From assembly GCA_903888765.1 (NCBI GenBank), contig CAISVF010000039.1, positions 1 to 62,701 on the forward strand: a stretch of DNA of 62,701 bases, in the 5' to 3' direction. A program made the translations under genes and the position numbers. The notes below the pieces were generated by a model, which saw only the letters and a program-made list of their open reading frames with translations, had not been told where the DNA came from and ran no database searches. Origin of the DNA: an uncultured Verrucomicrobia subdivision 3 bacterium (GTDB lineage Bacteria > Verrucomicrobiota > Verrucomicrobiia > Limisphaerales > UBA11358). Below, piece by piece: positions 45,311 through 53,900 of this stretch. The stretch's first letter is position 1. The number at the start of each line of letters is the position of its first letter.

Positions 45311-45925
45311 TTATTCAAACCGGATATCGTCGAGATAGAAAACCACCGGCGCGCTTTGCCCGGCCACCGACCAGCAGAATCCGGTTTTGATTCGTGTCAG
45401 GTCTTTGCCGGCTAGGTCAATGGAGTATTCCGTCCAGTCCTTCGTCAGCTTGACATCGGCTATTTCACCTTTCGCACTGTCGGAGAATTTTTTATCCGAA
45501 CCCAGAATGCCAAACTTGAAACTGACGACTTCATCGCCCTTCTCGCCGCGCGCCCAGAACTTTAGCTTTTGAGCCCCGGTAAGGTTCCAGCCGCCGGTCT
45601 GATCGCCCCAATCATTGGCCGGATCTTGCCAGACAATGCCCGACCAGTTGTCGGTGGCGGTATATTCAAGCTTCAGGCAGGTTTTGCCGCCGTGCGGATT
45701 GGTGGAGCAACCGTCATCCATCTTGGTGGCCTTGGCATTGCCCATCCAGCCGGACGGGATGTAATGATTATTCGCGCTGCCTCGTTCATCATAAACCATG
45801 AAAGGCAGCTTGACGGCCTTGGCCGCCGGCGCGTCTTCGGCCCGGAGTGATTGAAAACCGGTGCATACGCTGACCACCACGCAGGCTATGGCGAGACCCT
45901 GACTCGATTTTTGTTGCAGTTGCAT
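45311..45925 (-). CDS. Secreted stand-alone CBM-like protein (paralog of the C-terminal domain of the neighbouring hydrolase)
   Basis: LPFMVYDERGSANNHYIPSGWMGN...GIVWQDPANDWGD..GGWNLTGAQKLKFWARGE.GDEVVSFKFG.LG.DKKF.DSA......V.LTK.W.EY.I.L......RIKTGF.WS.A.....VVFYLDDIRFE matches residues ~430-602 of the 602-aa hydrolase. Confidence 0.7.
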   Translation of the reverse strand: MQLQQKSSQGLAIACVVVSVCTGFQSLRAEDAPAAKAVKLPFMVYDERGSANNHYIPSGWMGNAKATKMDDGCSTNPHGGKTCLKLEYTATDNWSGIVWQDPANDWGDQTGGWNLTGAQKLKFWARGEKGDEVVSFKFGILGSDKKFSDSAKGEIADVKLTKDWTEYSIDLAGKDLTRIKTGFCWSVAGQSAPVVFYLDDIRFE

Positions 45926-46130
45926 ATTGTGTGTTTTTATTTTTTGTTTAACGATTTTCTACCAACCGGTGCAGACTTTGTTGCGGCGGCTTTTGACTTA
46001 GCCACACGGTTTCATGATGGCTCCTTGGCGGCGGAATTCTCCCCGCCGGGCCTTTTATTTCGTGGATTGACAGTTCCAAAACTTCGCCGTGTTTCGCTTT
46101 TGAACCGACGGCAAAAAGACATCCGGTGAT

Positions 46131-46976
46131 TTAGTGCGGGGTGTGTTGCGCCAGCCAGGCAAGATCGGCATTGTTAACACAGTTCACATAAGGAGGCCTT
46201 GTTTTGGTAACCGGCACGACTACCTGGCCCGTCTGCCATTTATGAACAGTCGAGTGGCCATCCGCGAAAGCCATTCCGCAAGAGCCGGCATGCTGGCTGC
46301 CGGGTAGTTCTACTAAAGTGCCGGTCCCGCTCGTGAAGGTGCTGCTGGCATACAACATTCCATCATCAATATAATCGGGAGCCTCATCCATGAACAGCCA
46401 GCTGTCCGATGGGCCGGGATTATTAAAGTCTCCTGATTTTTTTGCCCAAAACGGCGTGCCGCCCGTCGTTCCGGCGAGACCTTGAGCCCATTTAATGCCA
46501 TCCCCAATGGCTGCGTTCATGACAACACTGTGGGACCGCGAACTCCAGCCTTTGGCAGATTGGGGCGGGCTAACATAGACAGCGGCGGGGCAGGCAAACA
46601 CCTTGGCATTTCTTCCCATGTACCCGCCCAGCAGGGAGTAGGTATCATCCACGAGATATAACGTATTGGTGTTCTGCTGCCCAGCTGACCAGTCCATCCA
46701 GGGATTGCCGGTAATCCATGATGGCGTGCCATTGTAGGGACTGCCCGTATCATTGTTGATGGCGAGGCGTTCGGCATTGTCACCGGCATACATGATCCAA
46801 GCCAGGCCAAGTTGCTTATTGTTGCTCATGCAGGAGGCGGCAATCGCCTTTTGCTTGGCCTTGCTCAAGGCCGGCAGGAGCATCGCGGCCAGAATGGCGA
46901 TGATGGCGATGACCACCAGCAATTCTATCAGAGTGAACCCGGACTTGAATCCATGTCTATTTGCTTTCATATTCAA
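46131..46976 (-). CDS. Prepilin-type N-terminal cleavage/methylation domain protein with a DUF1559 (H-X9-DG) body
   Basis: [32 protein letters not shown] class-III signal, and a C-terminal ...[14 protein letters not shown] motif. Confidence 0.85.
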   Translation of the reverse strand: MNMKANRHGFKSGFTLIELLVVIAIIAILAAMLLPALSKAKQKAIAASCMSNNKQLGLAWIMYAGDNAERLAINNDTGSPYNGTPSWITGNPWMDWSAGQQNTNTLYLVDDTYSLLGGYMGRNAKVFACPAAVYVSPPQSAKGWSSRSHSVVMNAAIGDGIKWAQGLAGTTGGTPFWAKKSGDFNNPGPSDSWLFMDEAPDYIDDGMLYASSTFTSGTGTLVELPGSQHAGSCGMAFADGHSTVHKWQTGQVVVPVTKTRPPYVNCVNNADLAWLAQHTPH

Positions 46977-46990
46977 CTACCTTTTGGTGA

Positions 46991-47025
46991 GACGGGCCTG
47001 CCTTGCAGCAGGCCCGTCTATTTTT
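46991..47025. other. Strong 11-bp stem-loop (gacgggcctgc-cttgca-gcaggcccgtc) between the 1084-aa gene and the pseudopilin gene; the T-tract is only on the plus strand
   Basis: Read directly from the sequence. It lies 40-70 nt after the minus-strand stop at 47062 and 15-50 nt before the pseudopilin ATG. Confidence 0.4.
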
Positions 47026-47061
47026 AACGCTGCCCGCACCCTCTCATCCCGCAAAGGATGC

Positions 47062-50000
47062 TCAATATTTCAACCGATAAAACACCGCCGGGTTGGCCGG
47101 ATTGATGGTCATGATTATTTGATTGGTAGTCGTTGATCCGCTTACGTCAGACCAGGTAGCCGAAAGGCCAGTGCTCAAGGAATTGGTTTGCGACTGCAAG
47201 GTCCAACCAGTGTGATCAGCCGGCCAATGGAGCGTGAGTTTGTTGCCCTGGACGCTCATGACCAGGTTCGTCCGCGAGGTGTTCACCAGAGTGCCCACCA
47301 CCAGGGTATTCGTGCTGGCGGCGTAGAAGCTATCGCCCGAGTAAATGGCCGTGATCGTGTAAGCAGCTGGCACGACGGTGGGGCTGCTGTTGGCAGCACC
47401 GGTCGCCACGGTGCCCACACTCTGCGCCACGGTGTTGGTTTTGAAAGCCACGGTGCCGGTGGCAGCGGTCGCTGGCATTCCGTTGGTGTTTACGGTCGCG
47501 GTGAAGACGGCGCCAGACTGAACCGTGGAGGCAATCACGCTGGGTGAGCCGGAAGCGGAGGTGGTGGACAGCGAGACGTCGTCAACCAACACGCCGCCAG
47601 AATCACCGAGAACCGCGCCGGTTACGGATATAATCTGAACCAGAACAGTCGCGGCACCCGCCGGAGCCACCGCCGGGGCAATGCTGATTTGGGTCCAGCT
47701 GCTCAAGCTCGAGGACAAGGTCGTCCAACCGCTGGGATTGAGCGTGCCGAGAATGTTGCCGCTGCCGTCCATCCAGACCGGATTATATTGCTGAACCGCG
47801 CTGAATCCGGTCTTGGGAAGTGACTTGGCCCAGAAGGAGCAGCTGTAGGTATTCCCCGGGATGATGGCCGCGCCACCCTTATTATAGACGTTCTCTTCCA
47901 AAATGGACGTCTGGGCTCCTGCGGTGTCGTTGGTGACATAAAGCGATTCACAAGAGGTGCCCGTGTGAGCATCCGTACTGATCCAGGTCGGCAACGTGGT
48001 CCCCAGCAGCGACCAACTGAAACTGGGATCGCTCTCAAAGTCGCCCTGCTGAACTTCTTCCGTGGTGACCGGCGTGTCTTGCAGGACTTGATAGTAAGCC
48101 GCCGGCGCCGGGTCATAAACTGAGGTCACCGCCGAACCGGTCAACTGGCTGCCCAGATTGTTCCAGGTGCTGTTGTCGGTCGAGCTCTGTACCTGATAAT
48201 AATTGCCGCTAACCGCGCTCCAACTGATTTCCTTCCCCGAACCGACCGAGAGGGCCAGCGTCGTTGGAGCCGCACCGACGGGTGCTCCCACCACACTGCC
48301 GTAGGTGTTGCCGGTGCGAATCTCGTCGAATACATCAGCATTGCCGCCACCTTGAACGTTGAATCCAATCCCGGTGATCGTGCCTACATCGTAAGCGCTC
48401 CACACCAGATTAGCGGCTCCTGCCGGCGCGTTTGTGCCCGCTACGGGGTCCAGCCATAGGCTAACCGTATCGTTCGCCCCAGAGGTGTTGAAATCAATTT
48501 TCAAGACGATCAGATGGGCTTGGTTATAGGTTAAACCGCCATTCACTTGCTGTCCGGAGAAGGTGGTAATCCCCGTGGCTCCGGCCCCGGCGGTGGCAAC
48601 TGAACCGAGCCCCAAACTACCGGCAGTGCCACTGTAGGCAGCCGTGATTCCTACGATGAGACTGGAGGATCCGCTGCCAAAAAGCACGAGTCCATTCAGA
48701 TTTGCTCCGTTATTGCCAAGCTGGTTGAAAAGGAAACTGACATACTTCGTCCCGGTGGAAAGGGGGCTGGTCAAGGAGACCTGATCGCGGCTGCCCGTTG
48801 TGGAAATGGCGTTGTGTGAAGCAGATAGTCCGGGGTAGGTCAAACCGCTGACAATGGTTCCATTTCCGACGGTCCAGTTGCCTGTCAGTCCGTTGCCCGT
48901 GTTAGCCGAGCCGGTGGCAAAACTTCCGAGGCCATAATTAAACGACTCGTAAGCGTTCACGAAAGCGACGGGTGAGGCGCTCACTTCTGAAGAATTGGCA
49001 CTCTGGCCGGCGGAATTGGTGGCGGACACCTCATAAAAATAAGTCGTGCCGTTAGCCACGGTTAAATCCGTGAAACTGGTCGTGCCTGCAACGGCGATGG
49101 TAACTTCCGCGCCGCTGGTGGTCGAGCGTTTCACATTGTAGCCGGTAGCCGCAATACTGGCGCTCCAACTCAGCGAAACCTGACCATCACTCACGCTTGC
49201 TGCCAAGCCGCTGGGGACAGCCGGCGCGACCAGGGTTGGCGCAGCCGACACTTCCGCGCTGTTGGCACTCTCGCCGCCAGCATTCACCGCCGAAACAACA
49301 TAGAAGTAAGTTGTTCCACCGGCGACAGCATCAGTAAAATTCGTTCCCGTCACCGCGCCAGCGCTGGAAACCGTCACATAGCCCGAACCGCTGCTGGTGG
49401 AGCGCTTCACATTATAACTGACCGGGCTTCCGGCAGCGGCGTTCCAAGTCAAGTTGACGGAATTGCCGCCAGACGTGGCACCTAATCCAGTCGGAGCCGA
49501 CGGTGCCGCGACGATATAGTCAACTGCTTCAGACCAGGTGGTCCCAATGCGCAGCTCATCAAACACAAAATTACCACCAGCACCGGCGGGGTTCACAATC
49601 GAGCAGGCGCTAATGGTAAATTGGGGCATCGTAAACGTGCCGTCAGGCGTTGATTCCGTGCTGGTGTTGGCCGTAGGATTCACCCAGATGCTGCCCGTCC
49701 AACCCGCACCAGTGCCGACGAGTTTCACCACGATGAAATAGGTGTTGCCGTAAGTGATATTGGCCGTGGTGGATTCCCATTTATTGGCGGCACTATCATT
49801 GTAGCCACTCTGTTGGTTTACCCCCAATTTCCCGGTTGTGCCGGTGACCGGGGTCGTGACACCCACGAACATGCCGTTGCCGCCCGTGTTCATTTCCAAG
49901 CCAACCTTGTTGCCGCCGGGGTTGCCGCTCATGTTGAAAAGATAGCTAACATATACCGTGCCGCTAGAAACCGGACTCGCCAAATTCTCGCCGGAATAAG

Positions 50001-50316
50001 CAGCGGTTTGCTTTAATGCATTGTAGGTTGTCCCTAGGCCCGGATACGTCAGACCGGCAACGGTTGTGAGCCCGCCTCCATTATACCCGCTGCTGAATCC
50101 GCCGCCAGTCGTCTGGGTGGGCGTGCCCGAGGCATTGCTCGGTGCCGCGCCTAAAGTGTAATTATATGGCTCGTGAGCGATGAGCGACGCGAAGGCGTTC
50201 GTCGCTGCCAACAAGACGAAGGCTAAAACCAGACGGGGTATTGATAATTTGTTTGATGCTTTGCCCGGCGCATTTTGATTTTGGCCGGATATTGTTTTTA
50301 TTTTGATTTTATTCAT
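47062..50316 (-). CDS. Giant secreted modular protein (1084 aa): unassigned module x2, FN3 x2, CBM4/9-like domain, Ig-like domain and two FYRL-type domains (one internal, one C-terminal)
   Basis: Signal/anchor LVLAFVLLAATNAFA. The unassigned modules lie at nt 49519..50184 and 48286..48960. FN3 repeats show PTGL/PSGL...YNVKRST. The protein ends ...LTLHWPADHTGWTLQSQTN...WSDV...AVFYRLKY. Confidence 0.8.
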   Translation of the reverse strand: MNKIKIKTISGQNQNAPGKASNKLSIPRLVLAFVLLAATNAFASLIAHEPYNYTLGAAPSNASGTPTQTTGGGFSSGYNGGGLTTVAGLTYPGLGTTYNALKQTAAYSGENLASPVSSGTVYVSYLFNMSGNPGGNKVGLEMNTGGNGMFVGVTTPVTGTTGKLGVNQQSGYNDSAANKWESTTANITYGNTYFIVVKLVGTGAGWTGSIWVNPTANTSTESTPDGTFTMPQFTISACSIVNPAGAGGNFVFDELRIGTTWSEAVDYIVAAPSAPTGLGATSGGNSVNLTWNAAAGSPVSYNVKRSTSSGSGYVTVSSAGAVTGTNFTDAVAGGTTYFYVVSAVNAGGESANSAEVSAAPTLVAPAVPSGLAASVSDGQVSLSWSASIAATGYNVKRSTTSGAEVTIAVAGTTSFTDLTVANGTTYFYEVSATNSAGQSANSSEVSASPVAFVNAYESFNYGLGSFATGSANTGNGLTGNWTVGNGTIVSGLTYPGLSASHNAISTTGSRDQVSLTSPLSTGTKYVSFLFNQLGNNGANLNGLVLFGSGSSSLIVGITAAYSGTAGSLGLGSVATAGAGATGITTFSGQQVNGGLTYNQAHLIVLKIDFNTSGANDTVSLWLDPVAGTNAPAGAANLVWSAYDVGTITGIGFNVQGGGNADVFDEIRTGNTYGSVVGAPVGAAPTTLALSVGSGKEISWSAVSGNYYQVQSSTDNSTWNNLGSQLTGSAVTSVYDPAPAAYYQVLQDTPVTTEEVQQGDFESDPSFSWSLLGTTLPTWISTDAHTGTSCESLYVTNDTAGAQTSILEENVYNKGGAAIIPGNTYSCSFWAKSLPKTGFSAVQQYNPVWMDGSGNILGTLNPSGWTTLSSSLSSWTQISIAPAVAPAGAATVLVQIISVTGAVLGDSGGVLVDDVSLSTTSASGSPSVIASTVQSGAVFTATVNTNGMPATAATGTVAFKTNTVAQSVGTVATGAANSSPTVVPAAYTITAIYSGDSFYAASTNTLVVGTLVNTSRTNLVMSVQGNKLTLHWPADHTGWTLQSQTNSLSTGLSATWSDVSGSTTTNQIIMTINPANPAVFYRLKY

Positions 50317-50386
50317 TGAATTTACATGTTTGAGTTTATTGTTATTATGCGGGGAACAACTTAACCATACACCACCACCCGAAATT

Positions 50387-50414
50387 GCCTAGCTAGCCGA
50401 GTGGCTAGTTTTTT
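50387..50414. promoter_or_regulatory. Conserved double-palindrome motif, copy 1 (gcctagctagccgagtggctagtttttt), 71 nt upstream of the 1084-aa gene ATG
   Basis: One of three near-identical copies (see 55382 and 57658). It contains CTAGCTAG and CTAGCC-N4-GGCTAG. Confidence 0.6.
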
Positions 50415-50877
50415 CCAGATACTCACAAAAGCATTTCATGAAAAATGGCATGCCGTCACTCTTGGAACATCAGCACGCGGCTTTGCGGTTGAACTCAATT
50501 TCGACCGGCGCTGCCTGAACTTGCATCGCTTGCAGGCGGAGTCACCATACGAAAACAAACTGGTGGCTAGAAAATGACCACCACCAGCCCCGCAATTCGA
50601 AGCAAAGCAAATTTTTAAACCACCAATTGGTCGAATGCCCGGCAAAATTGCTATCATTCTATAGCGGCATAATTTCGCGTTTTTTCGCAACCAAACATCA
50701 TTGCCAGAAAGATTTGTGCTTTATTAGTGGTGCAGGCCAACGTTTATAACTTATTTGCCCTTGGCCCAAAAAATGCGGGCTTAAGGATTGGGGCACGGAT
50801 GTCAATGCTCGCATTGACCATCAGGAGTTCGACCAGGCAAATTATTATTAGAATGAATTATTTTACGTTTTTCCCGC

Positions 50878-50913
50878 AAAAGGGACGGGTTCACCAAAGG
50901 AAAACCCGTCCCT
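50878..50913 (-). terminator. Hairpin terminator candidate after the 1457-aa gene
   Basis: Minus strand: agggacgggtt-ttcctttggtg-aacccgtccct followed by tttgcggg. The U-tract is short. Confidence 0.45.
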
Positions 50914-50935
50914 GCATTATTTAGCTGTTAGCAAC

Positions 50936-53900
50936 TTACTGAATCAAGTGCAAGCGATAGAATGCCGACTTGGGAGTCGCCCCCAAGTCGCTGAAGTTAT
51001 CTACGCTAGTGACATTCCCACCCACCGGCGCGGTGATTGCTGGGAAATTGGAGATGCCAGCGGTGAAGGTGACATTGGTTGCGCGCTGCAAGGAATATTG
51101 TTTTCCGGCAATGCCAGACATCACCACCTGGGCTTGACCCGAGGTCAAACTCACCAACCCCGATCCGAAGCCAAAGTTAGCACTCGGCACCAATACCCCC
51201 ACGTTGTCGAAGCCGACCGTGGAATTGGCACCCCATTCCGGAACTACCACGACGCCGGTACAATTCGCCGGTATGGTGACGGTGAAGCTATAGGTTGTCC
51301 AGGAACCTCCGTTCAGAATCCTGGAGGGAAACATATCTCCGGTGCTTCCCGAGGGGGAAAAATCAACCTTGAGGCCGCCAATGGAATTGCCGGACATGAG
51401 CATCATATCTTCGACAAATGTATAGGTCTGGCCGGCTACCAAGCCCAATGATGCCAGCGGGATCGGGGAATTGTTATTAGCCACCCAAATACCCCAACCG
51501 CCACCGACATTAGCAATGACCCCGTAGCCTGTGGGATTGCCACCGGTAGCCAGATAACTGAAGGTATTTCCGCCTCCCTGCACTTCCACCCAAGAACCCA
51601 AACCACCTGCTGGAGACTCAAAATCACCATCTGGAACCAATATTTTGGTGAAATTACCCACGGTGACATTCACTACGGCTGATGTAACGGCGTTGCCGTT
51701 GCTGTCTTTGGCCACGACTTTCAGGCCATGAGAGCCGGCGGATGCGCCAGACACCGAGTAACTGTAAGGACTGCTGGTTGCATTTCCAAGCAATACCGCC
51801 CCGTCGTAAAAGCTCACATTGGTTACCGAACCGGGGTTGACGACAGCGGTGGCGCTAATAGTAAAGTCAGGCAAAATGGCGGCGGTGTTGGTGGGACTAG
51901 CTATTGAAGCATTCAGCGGTGTGGTGACATTGCCACCCACCACATCCCCATAGCTACCACCGACGCGAACTTCATCAATGATGGCACCGTAGGCCCCTTG
52001 AATATTGATCCCGAATTTGGTGATAGAACCCACATCGAATGAGCTGTCCACAACATTGGCATCAACGCCCGGAGCACTTACGCCTGCTGGCGGATCAATC
52101 CAGAGGCTCACCGTATCATTGGCCCCAGAAGTATTAAACTCAAGCTTCAGAACCACCAGATGAACCGCAGTATTGCTAATGGGAATTGTGCTCCCCAAGG
52201 GGGTGGCACCACTCAGTGCGGTGCTACTGACCGTGCCCAAGCCAAAACTGGTTTGGCTGGCGCTGTAGCCTCCTTCAAAACCCACGAATAGGCTGCTGGA
52301 GTTATCTCCCTGAAGAAACACACCGGCAGCAGTGGCGCCAGGATTTCCGGCACCCTGCATTAAGAAGCTGACATACTTTGTGCCATCATTTAGCGGACTG
52401 CCAAATGCCAGGGAATTTTGACTGCCTGTAGCATGATGCTGATAGGCATGGCCAGTCGTAGGAAGGCCTGGGTACGTCAACCCGGCAACAATCCCAGCAC
52501 TCGTCGGAAGCGTCCAGTTGCCAGTGAATCCCGTGCCGGTATTGGCGGTTCCGTCAACCAAACTGCCCGTCCCATAATTAAAGGGTTCATAGGCATTGAA
52601 CGACGGTATGGGGGCATTGGTCACGAAAACTGTGACCATCGGGGACGTCGCCGAATTGCCATGGCTATCGGTCGCCACCCCCGTCAGCGCATGACTGCCA
52701 GCGGCCAGACCGATGGCGCTATAACTGAATGGTTCACTGGCTGCATTGCCAAGCCACGTGGCACCATCATAGAAGTCAACCCCGGTCACAGTGGCATGTC
52801 CGACCGAAGCATTCGCCCGGATCGTAAGATTGGAATAAACCACCTGATTATTGGTTGGGCTTGAAATGGACACAGTTAACGGCGTGACAGTGTAATAAAA
52901 ATAAACGTTGTCTATGTAGAAATCACGAACCGGGTTTTCCCCGGAATTGTTTATAATCCAGCCTAATTGATTAATCTGGGTTAAATCCATTCCGGGATTA
53001 TTAGCCTTAAACTGGCTCAAGGGTATATCCAAATGCACCCAGCTATTGGAGGTAATGACGCCCCCGGCTGTCGTGTAAGTAACATCTGCGGAACCACCAA
53101 CCGCCGAAATTAAACGGACCGCAAAACTATCACCATTGGGAGTATAGACATCGACATGAAGTGTGTTATAGCCGCTCACATCATTCGCACTGTGCATGCC
53201 CACGCCAACAAACTGCAAGCCCTGATAGCCAAGCACGACATTGGTCGTGCCCGGGATTGTGTAATTGCCATGCCCTGTCCATTGTCCGGCCCACCATTGC
53301 TGGTAGAAGTCATCTACCAAAATATTGGTGTAAACTCCTCGGCTATTCCACAGTGAAAGCACCTGCCCCTGTGGGAGTGTGGGTGCAGCAGTCACAATGG
53401 CCGGGGTGGGCAATACCGTGATATGCACCACCGCTGAAGTGGTACTCAGACCATTGTTTGCATGGGCTGCAGCCGTCACGGCATGGCCACCAGCCAGGGC
53501 GGTCCAGGCGGAGCTAAACGGGCTACCAGCTGAGCTGCCAACCAGCGTGCCATCAATATAATAACCCACGTTCGTTACCGCTCCAGCCGTCATCACCGTA
53601 AGCGGCACACTGGCCCCCGTAAGTACCGCACTGCCGTCGCTTGGGCTGGTCAGAGCAACCGTCGGCGGCAGATTTGCCGCCGTAACGTGAACCACTGCGG
53701 AAGTGGCCGCAATGCCACCGCTGTCCCGCGCGACCGCCACTAGGGTATGAGCGCCGTTTGCCGCACTGGGCACATTGAAAATGAACGGTGCATTAGTCAC
53801 ATTCCCCAGCAGGGTGCTGTCCAAGTAAAAGGCAATATTGGTTACCGTGCCAGGAACCACAGAGCCCGTGGCGCTGACCACGAATCCGCCGCCGTTCACC

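Noticed and set aside
50387-50414. Reading the shared motif as the -35 element of a sigma70-type promoter (TAGGCA-16 nt-TATGGT on the minus strand).
   Set aside because: The spacing works only for copy 1. In copy 2 the same TATGGT lies 9 nt from TAGGCA, and copy 3 lacks it. The motif is better treated as a regulator-binding site whose promoter context is still unknown.
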